A stretch of 64,000 nt of DNA, taken from a virus. Lineage: Duplodnaviria; Caudoviricetes. Position numbers and translations under genes: made by a program. The notes beneath the pieces are model-generated. The model was not told the origin of the DNA, did not search any database, and saw only the letters and a program-made list of their open reading frames with translations. The DNA lies in IMG/VR virus record IMGVR_UViG_3300043013_000026, positions 32,001 to 96,000 of that record; one strand, given 5' to 3'. Below, in pieces: positions 20,117 to 31,202 of this stretch. Each line of letters starts with the position of its first letter. Within the stretch, counting starts at the first letter, position 1.

Positions 20117-22347
20117 CCATACAAGAATGGCTTAACAACGAGGATTTGCCTATCACCATTTGGAAGAAGAAATACCAGCAAAACGGAGAAGACTTCGAGC
20201 AATGGCTTGATAGAGTTTCAGGACAGGACGAAGAAGTAAAAGCTCTAATTCGTGATCAAAAATTTATCTTCGCCGGTCGAATTTTATCTAATCGTGGCGT
20301 AACTGGAAGGCACTTAACTTTAAGCAACTGTTACGTGTGTACACCGCCTGAAGACAACTTGGAATCAATTTTTGAGGCCGGCGCAAAAATGGCGCGTACC
20401 TTTAGTTATGGCGGTGGATGTGGACTTGATGTAAGCAAACTGCGTCCGAAAGATGCGCCTGTAAACAATGCCGCAAAGACCACTTCAGGTACTGTCAGTT
20501 TTATGGACTTCTACAGTTACATAACTGGATTAGTGTGTCAGCAGGGCCGACGTGGAGCAACAATGCTCAGCATTTCTTGCGAGCACCCAGACCTTATTGA
20601 CTTCATTAATCTCAAGTCAAATCTGGACGTATGCACCAAAGCAAACATCTCAGTGCGCGTAACCGATGCCTTTATGAAGGCGGTAGAAAACAACGCTGAC
20701 TTCACACTACATTTCACATTGGAAGATGGTTCAGAAATCAAAAAGGTTATCAACGCTAAAGAAGTATTCATGCTCTTGGCGAAACGTAATTGGGAGATGG
20801 CTGAACCCGGTATCCTTTATTGGGACCGAATTGCTAACTACAATTTGCTCCAGAATACAGGATTTCAATATGCTGGTGTGAATCCATGCGCCGAAGAACC
20901 TCTGCCGCCCGGCGGGAGCTGCCTACTTGGTAGCATCAACCTCAGCAAGTTCGTCGTGCATCCATTTACCAACGTTGCTTTCATTGATACTGACCGTTTG
21001 GCTGAGACGGTGGAGGTAGCTGTAAGGGCTTTAAATGATGTGCTTATGGAAGGCTTACCGCTTCATCCGCTTCAGGAGCAACGTGACGCTGTGAGGGACT
21101 GGCGACAAATCGGTCTTGGCACTCTTGGTCTTGGTGATATGCTTATTATGTGCGGATTGAAATATGGCTCTCGTGAATCATTAGAGACAATCCGCTCAAT
21201 CTATCATATTATCGCTGCTTCAGCAGTTCACGCCTCGCTTCAGATGGCAAAACAGTATGGGGCGTTCCCTAAATGTTCATCAGAAATCAAAGAAGCAATC
21301 GTTAAGTCTGATTTCGTTCAGTACTTAAATTTGCCGGATTCAATTCTGGATGAAATTAAGGAGTACGGTCTTTACAACTCTCAGCTTTTGACTTGCGCCC
21401 CGACCGGAACAATCGGCACAATGCTTCAGGTGAGCACCGGCGTTGAACCAAACTTCGCTTTCTCTTATAATCGACGCACCGTTTCTTTGAACTCTGAAGA
21501 AACAACATATAAAGTAGATACCAAAATCGTATCTGACTTCAGAAAGGCGACCGGCATGACGGAGCTTCCAGACTATTTTGTATCCTCTGCTGATATTGAT
21601 TACCATGATCGTGTTCGCGTTCAGGCAATGCTTCAGAAATACATCGACGCATCAATTAGCTCTACCGTTAATCTGCCTAACAGTGCCACTATTGAAGATG
21701 TCGCCGACCTTTATATGGAAGCCTGGATAAATGGTTTGAAGGGTATCACAATATGGCGTGACGGTTGTCAACGTCAAGCTATCCTCTCAACCGATAAAAA
21801 GGAAGAGCCTAAAAAAGAATCTGAGCCTGTTGACGAAAACGCTCCGACAAAAGTTAAGAAGGCTTCAGACGACTGTATCGGTCGTAAACGCACTCTTGTT
21901 ACCGGTTGTGGCACTTTGCATCTCACAGCGTTCTTTGACCGTCACACTGGGCAATTACTGGAGACATACTTCAGCAAGGGCTCACAAGGTGGCTGTGCAT
22001 TGTTTATGGTTGGCTTGTCGCGCATGGTCTCTTTGGCTGCTCGTGGTAACATTTCAATCCATGACATTGTTGACCAGCTAAAGAGTGCTGGCACGTGTCC
22101 GTCTTACGCTGTTAGAAAAGCCACTCGCAAAGACACTTCAATCGGTTCGAGCTGCCCGGTGGCAATCGGCTATGCTTTGATTGATATGTATAACGAGTTG
22201 CAAAAGGAGCTTCATGGTGAGCAACATCAGGAAGAAAATAAGCAACCCAGTGTGGACTCTCCAAAGTGTCCTAAATGCGGTGAGCCTATCCAGATGGTAG
22301 AAGGTTGTATGACCTGTGCATCGTGTGGATACTCCAAATGTAGCTAA
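20113..22347 (+). CDS. nrdJ: adenosylcobalamin-dependent (class II) ribonucleotide reductase
   Basis: SNCY, GGGCG, QQGRRGATM, NPCAE, APTGT, ISSTVN, TSCPD-like domain and C-terminal Zn ribbon; no small subunit nearby. Confidence 0.9.
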   Translation: MTIQEWLNNEDLPITIWKKKYQQNGEDFEQWLDRVSGQDEEVKALIRDQKFIFAGRILSNRGVTGRHLTLSNCYVCTPPEDNLESIFEAGAKMARTFSYGGGCGLDVSKLRPKDAPVNNAAKTTSGTVSFMDFYSYITGLVCQQGRRGATMLSISCEHPDLIDFINLKSNLDVCTKANISVRVTDAFMKAVENNADFTLHFTLEDGSEIKKVINAKEVFMLLAKRNWEMAEPGILYWDRIANYNLLQNTGFQYAGVNPCAEEPLPPGGSCLLGSINLSKFVVHPFTNVAFIDTDRLAETVEVAVRALNDVLMEGLPLHPLQEQRDAVRDWRQIGLGTLGLGDMLIMCGLKYGSRESLETIRSIYHIIAASAVHASLQMAKQYGAFPKCSSEIKEAIVKSDFVQYLNLPDSILDEIKEYGLYNSQLLTCAPTGTIGTMLQVSTGVEPNFAFSYNRRTVSLNSEETTYKVDTKIVSDFRKATGMTELPDYFVSSADIDYHDRVRVQAMLQKYIDASISSTVNLPNSATIEDVADLYMEAWINGLKGITIWRDGCQRQAILSTDKKEEPKKESEPVDENAPTKVKKASDDCIGRKRTLVTGCGTLHLTAFFDRHTGQLLETYFSKGSQGGCALFMVGLSRMVSLAARGNISIHDIVDQLKSAGTCPSYAVRKATRKDTSIGSSCPVAIGYALIDMYNELQKELHGEQHQEENKQPSVDSPKCPKCGEPIQMVEGCMTCASCGYSKCS

Positions 22348-22357
22348 ATAAATCTAT

Positions 22358-22398
22358 CTATACCCCTTCTGCCTTCGGGAACAACGGAAGGGGTATAG
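22358..22398 (+). terminator. stem-loop after nrdJ
   Basis: CTATACCCCTTC...GAAGGGGTATAG inverted repeat. Confidence 0.5.
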
Positions 22399-22517
22399 CT
22401 TTAGACAAAACAGTTTCATTATTAATCCTTTTGACATAAATGAAACTTTTTTCTTTCTGTTTTTCAATTACTTAGATAATTTTTCATTTAACTTCTTGAA
22501 AATTTTTTCCAAAATAT

Positions 22518-22548
22518 TTTGTTAAGTTAAAAATTCATCTTATCTTTG
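22518..22548 (+). promoter_or_regulatory. Bacteroidota housekeeping promoter (TTTG ... TATCTTTG)
   Basis: -33 TTTG and -7 TAnnTTTG consensus upstream of the replication operon. Confidence 0.65.
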
Positions 22549-22592
22549 CAACGTATTAATAAACCAAAGTTATCAAAAATGAAAGAAATGAC

Positions 22593-23066
22593 ATGATTAG
22601 AAGTAAGGGCATAGTCGAAGTCCATGAGGGCTATGCCGACTCCAGCGAGCTAAAAGAGGCTGTGGACATTTTGCCGGACGGAGAGTATGGTTATCTCCTT
22701 TTCGACAAAAAGAAAAACCGCTCGCTACCTCAGTTGAAGTTTCTATTCGGCTACCTACTCAAAACTCTCAGCGAGGAGTTAGAAGGAAACCCGGACGTGG
22801 AAGCACTATACAGTTATTTTGAAGAGCTATACGCACCGATTCATCACTGTAAAATCCCAGGAGAAAAGGAAGAGTTTGAATACTTTGACCTTAAAAACGA
22901 ACCAGCAACTGAGATGGATTATGTCATCAACAAGATTATCCATCATGCCAAGACAGAATGGGACATCGACCTGTTAACCCGTGAACGGCTCAAAGCCGCT
23001 GAAGCAAGCGAACTCTACGCAGGTGCCTACGCTGATACTTGGAAAAATTACCAAAGAAAAATATGA
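22593..23066 (+). CDS. NinB-like hypothetical protein
   Basis: RSLPQLKFLFG motif resembling the NinB RS..QN family. Confidence 0.45.
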   Translation: MIRSKGIVEVHEGYADSSELKEAVDILPDGEYGYLLFDKKKNRSLPQLKFLFGYLLKTLSEELEGNPDVEALYSYFEELYAPIHHCKIPGEKEEFEYFDLKNEPATEMDYVINKIIHHAKTEWDIDLLTRERLKAAEASELYAGAYADTWKNYQRKI

Positions 23067-23084
23067 TAGACCAATTTTATCATT

Positions 23085-24494
23085 ATGATGGATCAAGACA
23101 ACGCACGTTCAATCTTCAGCGTGTTTGCCGCCTCTCAAGAAACATTCGAGGAAGCAAAAAAGAAGAGCAGTGAAGAAAGTAGAAAGAAAGCCTCATTCTT
23201 CCGTTTTGCCAAAGATGGCACTTACAGTATTCGTATTCTCCCCCTTGCACCGGTTATGGACAAGGATGGCAATTTCCTTCCTTTGGACCGTAAGGGCTAC
23301 GAATATCCCCTCCGTTCTCTGATGCTCAAGATTGAGAACAACAAGAAGCTCATCAAGGGCAAACCCGAAATCCACTACGTTACAGTCTGCAACGCTAAGT
23401 ACGCCTTCAAAGACATTGAAGCAGACCTTATCGACACCTATGTATCAACCGCATGTGAGCAATACGCCGACGATGAAGCTCTTTGCAAAAAACTCCGCGA
23501 GGGCAGTTTCTCAGGTGGCCTCAAATGGGATTCACGTCGCTGCATGTACATTATTGACCTCGACAATGTAGGTGACGGTATCCAAATCCTTCAACTTTCC
23601 TACTCTCAGTACAAGGACCTGGAAGAACGCAAGCTCAACCTTTGGGGCAAGCTCAACAAGAATGGCAAAAACGTCCCCTGTCCTATCTCGTCAATCGACG
23701 CTGCTTATCCGGTCGAAATTATCCGCAAGACTGAAAATGGCAAAGCAAGCTACAGCTTTAACATTGACACTGTAGCCGACAAGCATATCCTCGAAGAAAC
23801 AACCCTTCAGAACCTGCTTGACATGCCTCGCCTGCCGGAGCAAATCTATCGCTACACTCGCTATCACCTCGAAGCTACTGTTGCATATCTCACCCAGTTG
23901 GATGAGAAATTCGACATCGACGTTGTAAACACTGACGCGGTTCAGAATTGCATCGCTCAAATCAAGCTTCTTCTCCCTGCTGACGACCAATCTCACTTCA
24001 CTCTTGGCGACAAGGATGGTGACGACTCAGACGCAAATGCCAACGACATCGACTCGCTCTGGAAACGTTACGATGAACTCGTAGCTGCTGACCTCGATGA
24101 CCAGACCGCAGAAGGTCAGGAACTCCGCACTGCAATCTTGGCGTTCATCGACGCTAACGGTCTTGAGGTTAAGGTTGGTCGCAAGAAAACCAATGAGGAC
24201 ATCCTCAACGAAATCGAAGACGAGTTGGCTGCTATTGCCGATGAAGCAGATGAGGACGAGGAACCCGCTAAGCCTGCTTCAAAGCGCAAGCCTGAGCCCG
24301 AACCTGAAGCTGATGATGATGAAGACGATGACGAGCCTGAAACACCAGCTGACGAACCAGAAGACGATGAAGATGATGAGCCGGAGGAACAACCGGAACA
24401 CACATCTCGCCGTCGCAGCCGCAACGATGACACTAACGAACCTGCTGTTCGTGGAAGCCGCCGTGGAGCTCGTCCTCCTCGCCGCCGTGACTAA
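23085..24494 (+). CDS. putative single-stranded DNA-binding protein (T4 gp32-like) with acidic tail
   Basis: IRILP motif, D/E/P-rich C-terminus, upstream of the Mre11/Rad50 pair. Confidence 0.6.
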   Translation: MMDQDNARSIFSVFAASQETFEEAKKKSSEESRKKASFFRFAKDGTYSIRILPLAPVMDKDGNFLPLDRKGYEYPLRSLMLKIENNKKLIKGKPEIHYVTVCNAKYAFKDIEADLIDTYVSTACEQYADDEALCKKLREGSFSGGLKWDSRRCMYIIDLDNVGDGIQILQLSYSQYKDLEERKLNLWGKLNKNGKNVPCPISSIDAAYPVEIIRKTENGKASYSFNIDTVADKHILEETTLQNLLDMPRLPEQIYRYTRYHLEATVAYLTQLDEKFDIDVVNTDAVQNCIAQIKLLLPADDQSHFTLGDKDGDDSDANANDIDSLWKRYDELVAADLDDQTAEGQELRTAILAFIDANGLEVKVGRKKTNEDILNEIEDELAAIADEADEDEEPAKPASKRKPEPEPEADDDEDDDEPETPADEPEDDEDDEPEEQPEHTSRRRSRNDDTNEPAVRGSRRGARPPRRRD

Positions 24495-24565
24495 TCTCAA
24501 CATCACTAATTAAAATGTTCGCCCAGTATTGTCTGGGCGGGCATTTTCCTAACATCCTCTACATT

Positions 24566-25615
24566 ATGTTGAAATGCTTTCCATGTGCGTTGTTGATAAA
24601 TGACATTCACGTCAGCAAGGACAATATCGCAGAGTTCCATAAAAACTGGGATGAAGCACTTGAGATTTGCAAGGCTAATAAAATCCAATACTTGATTGTT
24701 GGTGGCGATATGTGGCTCTCACGTAGTGCGCAAACATTGGCAACGCTTATTGCCGTCAGAGATGCAATCCTGAAGGCAACCAAAATATATGACTTGTATG
24801 TGGTTATTGCAAATGGCAATCACTGCAAGGTTAATCAGGAAGATATTGCAGGCTATAGTCATATCTTCTCAGACTACGAATCGGTCGAAGTGGTAAACGA
24901 GTTTACTTCGATTGAACTTTCGGACTCTACTTCAATATGGATTATGAGCTACTTCCCTGAGAATGGTTCGTTCATCCAGCATTATGAAGCGGTTAAAGCC
25001 CATCTTGAAGGACACCGCAGCGCTTATAATGTCTTATATATCCATGAAGGCATTAGAGGTGGCTTAGCAACACCCAGTGATGATGAGCTACCGGCTAATT
25101 TGTTTAGCGATTTTGATGCTACTTTTGTAGGCCATTACCACAATCGTAAACGAGTACCAGGCACCAACATCGAATATATTGGCGCTTCTCGTCAGCACAA
25201 TTTTGGCGAAGATGAGGAAAAAGGCTACACCATACTTAATTCAGACGGTTCGATTAAGTTTATCAAGAACGAGGTCAACCAGCGCTATCTCGTTCTTGAG
25301 GTCGATATTGCAGATATGGACGATGACTTTATGGCTCGTTTAGCAGAAATCAAAGCAGACAGCCGATACAAGGTCAAAGTACGTATCAAATGTGACTCAG
25401 CTCAGTCATCTTCTGTCAATAAGCAAAAGCTGGCAGAATGTGGCGCAAATAAAATTGAGCTTGTGACAGAGCAAACCGAAGTGATGAACGCAAATCATCA
25501 AGCCATCACTCAGAAGTTTGACAAGTCCGGCATTAAAGAGGAGTACACTAATTTTTGTGCTCAGAAATCAATCGACAATCAACTGGGACTCCATTATCTC
25601 GAAAAACTGAATTAA
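24566..25615 (+). CDS. Mre11/SbcD-like metallophosphoesterase nuclease
   Basis: DIH, GGD, GNH, GHYH motifs. Confidence 0.9.
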   Translation: MLKCFPCALLINDIHVSKDNIAEFHKNWDEALEICKANKIQYLIVGGDMWLSRSAQTLATLIAVRDAILKATKIYDLYVVIANGNHCKVNQEDIAGYSHIFSDYESVEVVNEFTSIELSDSTSIWIMSYFPENGSFIQHYEAVKAHLEGHRSAYNVLYIHEGIRGGLATPSDDELPANLFSDFDATFVGHYHNRKRVPGTNIEYIGASRQHNFGEDEEKGYTILNSDGSIKFIKNEVNQRYLVLEVDIADMDDDFMARLAEIKADSRYKVKVRIKCDSAQSSSVNKQKLAECGANKIELVTEQTEVMNANHQAITQKFDKSGIKEEYTNFCAQKSIDNQLGLHYLEKLN

Positions 25616-25617
25616 GT

Positions 25618-27954
25618 ATGTGGCACTTGAAATCCATTCACGCTAACAATCTGTGCTCTTTCCTGGAGATGGATTATACTCTCAAGCAAGGAGAGGCAAC
25701 ACTTATCTTTGGTAACAACTTGGATAGCGATTCCCAGAACTCTAATGGCTCTGGTAAATCAGCCCTTATTGAAGCCATCGCTATCGCATTGACCGGTGAG
25801 CCTTTGCGCAAGGTCAATGTCGATGAAATTATTAACGATACACAGGACGAAGCAGCGATTTCTGCCGTTCTGACCAATGACATACTGGGAGAGCAAATGA
25901 CTATCAATCGCAAGCTCTCTCGTAAACAGCCTCAACTCATCCAAATTCTCAAGCAAACCGGAGAATTTGATAGCGAGGTTGAAGAAATTAGTCAAGCTAC
26001 TGTTGCGGACTACAACAAGTATATTCTCGATCAACTTGGTTTGACTAAAGACGATATATTTGCGAACTTCATCCTGACTGCTCGCAAATACAAATCTTTT
26101 CTCTCCAGCTCTGACAAGGAGAAGAAAGAGATTATCAACCGCTTCAGCAACGGCGTATTGGTAGATGAGTCTATCGAAGAACTTCATACCGATATGGCGC
26201 CGGTCCAAGAGGAATTGAACAAAGCTGAAAAAGAGGTAGCCACATGCACAGGTAGAGTTGAGGCTCTTGCAGGTGAGATTGAAAAGACTATCAACGAGTC
26301 AGCGGAACGTAAAGCTACTAACGCTTCCAGAATCAAAAACTGGGAGGACGCTATTGTTGCAAAGCGTTCAGAAATTCGCTCTGTATCGGACAATATCGCT
26401 AAGGTCGAAGATAGTTTAGATTTGCTCGACGCTCTTGATAAAGCCATGCAAAAATTAGAGAAAGGCAAATCTGATGCTAACGAGGCTCTTGAAACAATCA
26501 ACGAGCAATTCAAAGCAAATGATTTGGCTTTGACTACCGATTATGCTCGTGAAATTGTTGTTCTCCACTCTCAGTACGAGCAAGCTCAAAAGACTGTTGA
26601 AGAAGCCAACCAAGAGGTTGAAAAGCTTCAAACTGCTTTGAAAGACGCTGAGAAGGAGCGTGACCAAGCTCTTAAAACTCTCAACGCAAAGTTCAATAAG
26701 AACAAAAAAGACAGTGAAGATTGTGCCAGCAGTCTATCTAAGCTTTCTACTGAGGTGCGTGAGCTTCAGAAAAAAGCGGATGATTTAACTGCTGAGCGCA
26801 CATCTACAAAAAATCTGTGCATGACGCTTTCAAACCAATTAGCCGGCGTTATTGAGTGTCCGAAATGTAAGCATGAGTTTATACTCAACTCTCAGCTTGA
26901 TGTTACAGACGCTCGCCATAAACTCGACACTCTCCAAGAAGCCTTGCGTCAAATCGCAAACAAGATTGAAGAGAATGAGGCAAAGTATAACAAAGTTGTG
27001 GCTGATGGCAAGAAACAACGTGAAGCAGAAGTTACTCTTGACGAAGAACGTCGCGCTCTTAACCAAGAAAGTCGCGACATCGCTGCTAAATATGAGGCTG
27101 CTGCTAACAAATGCGATGATTGTTCCAAGAAGGTTGAGCAGATCAGCGCAAGCTTGAAAGACGTTCAAAACAAGATTTCGAGAATCCGCAAACGTATTTT
27201 TGACGATGTGTTTGAAGTGATTGACGAAGCTTACAAACGTCGTGAGGCTGCTATCAAATCGTATGAGGAAGACATTGAAACTCTAAAAGGCTCTATCTCA
27301 TCGTTTGAGAACGCCATCCAGCAAGCTAAGAGTGCATCTGAAGAAGATATGCTCATCTCTCTCAAAGAAAGTCAAGAACAATACCAAAAGGAGCTTCAGA
27401 CCGCTATCCAAGTTAAGAATGAGGTAGAAGGTCGCTTGAGTGAATTGCAAGCTCAGGAAGCCACTTTTGTAGAGTTCAAAACTTATCTTGCAAATACAAA
27501 AATCAATGCCATCTCCCAGATAACCAACGAGTTCCTGGAGACCATTGGCAGCGACATACGAGTTGCGTTGTCCGGATACACAGTGCTTAAATCCGGCAAA
27601 GTGCGTGACAAAATTTCCGTATCACTTTTACGTGACGGTGTGGACTGCGGTTCATTTGAAAAGTTCTCAGCTGGAGAACGAGTACGAGTTGAACTTGCAA
27701 GTATCCTAAGCATGAACCAGTTGACGAATATGAACTGCGAAGATGGGAAGGGCTTGGACCTTCTTATCGCTGATGAAGTTCTTGATAGTGCCGACGAGCA
27801 AGGTCTCGCCAGTGTATTCAAAGCACTTAATAAAACACAGCTCACTTCATTAGTGGTTAGCCACGGTTTGACAAACGAAGGCTACCCCAACAAAATTACT
27901 GTAGTTAAAAGTAATGGGGTATCCTCTATTTATGAAACCAATCACATCATCTGA
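25618..27954 (+). CDS. Rad50/SbcC-like SMC ATPase
   Basis: NGSGKS Walker A, coiled coil with CPKC hook, FSAGE signature, IADE Walker B. Confidence 0.92.
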   Translation: MWHLKSIHANNLCSFLEMDYTLKQGEATLIFGNNLDSDSQNSNGSGKSALIEAIAIALTGEPLRKVNVDEIINDTQDEAAISAVLTNDILGEQMTINRKLSRKQPQLIQILKQTGEFDSEVEEISQATVADYNKYILDQLGLTKDDIFANFILTARKYKSFLSSSDKEKKEIINRFSNGVLVDESIEELHTDMAPVQEELNKAEKEVATCTGRVEALAGEIEKTINESAERKATNASRIKNWEDAIVAKRSEIRSVSDNIAKVEDSLDLLDALDKAMQKLEKGKSDANEALETINEQFKANDLALTTDYAREIVVLHSQYEQAQKTVEEANQEVEKLQTALKDAEKERDQALKTLNAKFNKNKKDSEDCASSLSKLSTEVRELQKKADDLTAERTSTKNLCMTLSNQLAGVIECPKCKHEFILNSQLDVTDARHKLDTLQEALRQIANKIEENEAKYNKVVADGKKQREAEVTLDEERRALNQESRDIAAKYEAAANKCDDCSKKVEQISASLKDVQNKISRIRKRIFDDVFEVIDEAYKRREAAIKSYEEDIETLKGSISSFENAIQQAKSASEEDMLISLKESQEQYQKELQTAIQVKNEVEGRLSELQAQEATFVEFKTYLANTKINAISQITNEFLETIGSDIRVALSGYTVLKSGKVRDKISVSLLRDGVDCGSFEKFSAGERVRVELASILSMNQLTNMNCEDGKGLDLLIADEVLDSADEQGLASVFKALNKTQLTSLVVSHGLTNEGYPNKITVVKSNGVSSIYETNHII

Positions 27955-28414
27955 ACGATTAAATCGAAACCAAGTTGCAGCCCTGGACATCGCAACTCAC
28001 ACAGGATTTTTCTGCTTAAATGAGCGAGGTACTTGGGATTTCACCGAGTCCATGCGTCGCAACAACAATAAGCAACACAAAGCCTTTCGTGACACCTTAA
28101 TTGATTTTATTCAACGCAATGACATCAAACAAATAGTCGCCGAAGACGTTAGTGTAAACAATCATTTCACAGACACCAGAAAACTGTCTGAATTTCGTGG
28201 AATTTTATTCGAGGTGTGCGACACTCTCGATCTTCCGGAGCCTGTCTTTATTAATCCTATGACTGTCAAAAAGTTTGCCACTGGAGATGGTCACGCTAAG
28301 AAGGACAAGATGATTCAATTCTGTAAGCTCCGATGGCAAATTGAGCCCGGCGACGACAACGAGGCCGACGCAATACACATATTCTTTTGTTACATCAAGC
28401 GTTTTAACCTCTGA
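27932..28414 (+). CDS. RuvC-like Holliday junction resolvase
   Basis: ALDIATHTG, VAED, TVKKFATGDGHAKK, DNEADA. Confidence 0.85.
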   Translation: MKPITSSERLNRNQVAALDIATHTGFFCLNERGTWDFTESMRRNNNKQHKAFRDTLIDFIQRNDIKQIVAEDVSVNNHFTDTRKLSEFRGILFEVCDTLDLPEPVFINPMTVKKFATGDGHAKKDKMIQFCKLRWQIEPGDDNEADAIHIFFCYIKRFNL

Positions 28415-28418
28415 AATC

Positions 28419-28700
28419 ATGCAACGACCAATCACGAATCACAGTGTTTCACCGGTACCATCGAAAGAAGTAAAGAAGCATAAGAAAGCTCTAAATGCTC
28501 ATCTGAAGGAATTTTTTAAGCTACTTGACTCTCGTCCCAAACCGACCACAGAGACAATCCGAGCTGAGTTCATAAGACATGAAGCGGAGTGGCATCTCTA
28601 CTGCGCTAAGCATCGTCTTGGGGCACGTTTAGCAGAGTTGTTCAACGCTAACGTGTCGCTCGAATGGGAACGAAAGTACACTGCCCAACAGAACCAGTAA
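28419..28700 (+). CDS. hypothetical protein
   Basis: ORF in the operon. Confidence 0.55.
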   Translation: MQRPITNHSVSPVPSKEVKKHKKALNAHLKEFFKLLDSRPKPTTETIRAEFIRHEAEWHLYCAKHRLGARLAELFNANVSLEWERKYTAQQNQ

Positions 28701-29317
28701 CTGATCCGGAGAGTGACCCCGAAGTAATTGCTCGCAGGACAGCGCTATTTAACAAGTACATCACGCCATTCATCAACATGATATTTAAGCTTGTTGTGCG
28801 ATATTCAAATAGCCCTGATAACGTTGAAGAAAACTATTCTGAGGTGTTGGTAAATTTCTATCGTTACATTGAAACTTACGACCCCAGTCGTCCGATTAGA
28901 ACGTGGATTCACATTTGCGTTAAACGACAGGTTTTTGCCTGTGAACGCCAGCGTCAAGCCCACAATAATAAGGACTACGACAACGACATTGAGGATTACG
29001 AGGAAGAACTCTTTGCTGATGACCACATCAGCAGTAATATGCTTGGTGTGGATAACTGGAGAGAGCTATACAGTGCAGACATAGTTTCAGTGCTGGATGA
29101 ACTCAAACCACGTCATCGGGATGCTCTAATTCTGCAAGAAGCAGGATACTCTCTAAAGGAAATTGCGGAGATTGAATATGCTAAAGGTTCACTAAAAACT
29201 CCGAACATCGAAACGATTAAAAGCCGACTTAGATTGGCCCGACAACACTTAAAAAACAATATCACAAGAGATGGTAAACGAATACCTCGTCAAGCAGACG
29301 CTGAAGATGTTCCATGA
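28664..29317 (+). CDS. ECF-type sigma-70 family RNA polymerase sigma factor
   Basis: Region 2 (YDPSRPIRTWI) and region 4 (GYSLKEIAE...TIKSRLRLAR). Confidence 0.85.
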   Translation: MGTKVHCPTEPVTDPESDPEVIARRTALFNKYITPFINMIFKLVVRYSNSPDNVEENYSEVLVNFYRYIETYDPSRPIRTWIHICVKRQVFACERQRQAHNNKDYDNDIEDYEEELFADDHISSNMLGVDNWRELYSADIVSVLDELKPRHRDALILQEAGYSLKEIAEIEYAKGSLKTPNIETIKSRLRLARQHLKNNITRDGKRIPRQADAEDVP

Positions 29318-29858
29318 GATTGCGTCTAAGCTTATCCACCCAGGTTACAAGCTCCCCCAAGGCGGGGAGCCAACCAGGGTGATACGCACGGCATTGCAAC
29401 GATTGGAAAAACAATATGGGGCGCTTACAGGACAGCGTATCGTGGACTACGTGATATGTTCGGCTCATGCTTTCAAAGACCGTGGGTCTAATTGGAAGCT
29501 GAACCAAGTGTTCGGACCGAAATCTATGGAACGGTTCAACACCGATAAGGGGCGTGTCTATTACGAGAATAAATGGCTGAGCGGCGCAGATTTGAGCCGC
29601 AACGATTTATTGTCGATGATAGTGGACCGCAGCGAACATCCGAAAGCAAAGTACGTCTTGGTTCCCAGTGAAGAAGGGACAAAGATGAGATTGCTCAACC
29701 GCGAAGTAGGATTTGTCATTTGCCAGACTTCTACTTTAGGTTGGTCTCCGCTTTCTGAGGCTTGTTCCCAGTGCAATTTTATAGAAAAATGTAAAGAAGA
29801 AACGCAAAAAAAATTCCCGGAGATATACCGGTTAAGAACAGAATATGTCAGCAAGTAA
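29271..29858 (+). CDS. hypothetical protein (Cys-rich C-terminus)
   Basis: ORF coupled to the helicase. Confidence 0.6.
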   Translation: MVNEYLVKQTLKMFHEIASKLIHPGYKLPQGGEPTRVIRTALQRLEKQYGALTGQRIVDYVICSAHAFKDRGSNWKLNQVFGPKSMERFNTDKGRVYYENKWLSGADLSRNDLLSMIVDRSEHPKAKYVLVPSEEGTKMRLLNREVGFVICQTSTLGWSPLSEACSQCNFIEKCKEETQKKFPEIYRLRTEYVSK

Positions 29859-31191
29859 TAAAACAAACGTACTATCAGAGGCTTTCATCGAAGACTTGTT
29901 CATCACATGTATCGAGGATAGCTACATTCTTTCAATGGTATGTGAGTATCTGGAGGAGGAACATCTTCCTGACAGAAATACAGCTGCTGTTTTGAAGGCT
30001 TTTAAGGACTACTATAGGGAGTATCGCCGTGTTCCCAACTACTCTATCATCCAGCAAAAACTGGCTGGTAAGAATGGTGCTCTCAGGTTCTGGAAGGAAG
30101 CGTATGATGATGGAGAAGCGTTTGATACCGATGAATGTCTTGGATTGCTGGAAGAATATTTGAAACGAGTTGAATTTCAGAAGGTATATAAGAAAGCCGG
30201 CGAAATTTACAACCGTGACGGACTTGAAAATGCTCAGACAGAACTATCTAAATACATTGATTGGGTTCGCACATTTTCATTAACAGAATCGACATTTACC
30301 GATGTGATTAACACGTTTACATCACGTCACATTCAAAATAGAGCTAAGAATAATGCTCGCGGTGCAATCAGGGCAATTACCAGATTCTACATCGACGAGC
30401 TCGATCATCTCAATCAAGACCGTGACTTGCGTGGTCAGCTCTCTTGCATACTTGCCCCGACCGGCGTAGGTAAGAGTCACGCATCACGATGGATTGGGTC
30501 TCAGGCATGTATCGACGGATTTAACGTACTGCATTTCCAGCTGGAAGGTAGCCGTGAGGAAGTTGAAAATGCCTACTCCGCAGCGCTCGTAGCCTGTAAC
30601 GCTTATAGTTATGAGAAAGGCTTTATCAAGGATAAGGATATGGACGAGTTCGCTAAGGAGATTGAAGATATTGCCGGCAAGTTGTTCGTGCGCAGTTATC
30701 CTAAATTTAACCAGCATGTATCGACTATCAATATCAAGGAAGCCATTGCAGAGTTCCGCAAGAACTACAATGTGAAGCCCGACATCATTATCATAGACTC
30801 GATGGACCTGCTTACGGACTCATCAGGTCGCAAATATGGTGATAGCGGTGAGCGTTTGAAACGTATTGCAGTTGCCAATGACCTTAAAGATATTGCCAGC
30901 GAGGAAGAAGTCTGGGTGGTGACAACATATCAGGCCCGTATCGAAAATCCTGATTGGGTTAATGATGAGAAAAATGTATTGACTGAGTATTCTTCATCAG
31001 AGGCAAAAGGTATTGCTCAGCCGATGACTCACCTCATCACGCTTAACCAGTCAGCTAACGAGCGCAGAGAAAAGACCATGCGTATTCACATAGCAAAGAG
31101 CCGTTTCTTCACGAAAGGAGATACGTTCAAAATTGCTACCGATTACGACCACGAGAGATTTTTTGACCGTCAACGAACCGCTAACTTATAA
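29845..31191 (+). CDS. DnaB-like replicative helicase
   Basis: APTGVGKS Walker A, IIIDSMD, IAKSRF. Confidence 0.9.
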   Translation: MSASNKTNVLSEAFIEDLFITCIEDSYILSMVCEYLEEEHLPDRNTAAVLKAFKDYYREYRRVPNYSIIQQKLAGKNGALRFWKEAYDDGEAFDTDECLGLLEEYLKRVEFQKVYKKAGEIYNRDGLENAQTELSKYIDWVRTFSLTESTFTDVINTFTSRHIQNRAKNNARGAIRAITRFYIDELDHLNQDRDLRGQLSCILAPTGVGKSHASRWIGSQACIDGFNVLHFQLEGSREEVENAYSAALVACNAYSYEKGFIKDKDMDEFAKEIEDIAGKLFVRSYPKFNQHVSTINIKEAIAEFRKNYNVKPDIIIIDSMDLLTDSSGRKYGDSGERLKRIAVANDLKDIASEEEVWVVTTYQARIENPDWVNDEKNVLTEYSSSEAKGIAQPMTHLITLNQSANERREKTMRIHIAKSRFFTKGDTFKIATDYDHERFFDRQRTANL

Positions 31192-31202
31192 AGACAAGGC
31201 TT

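Noticed and set aside
24116-24433. Ser-rich antisense ORF and similar shadow ORFs
   Set aside because: Mirror images of biased sense-strand codons, here the acidic SSB tail
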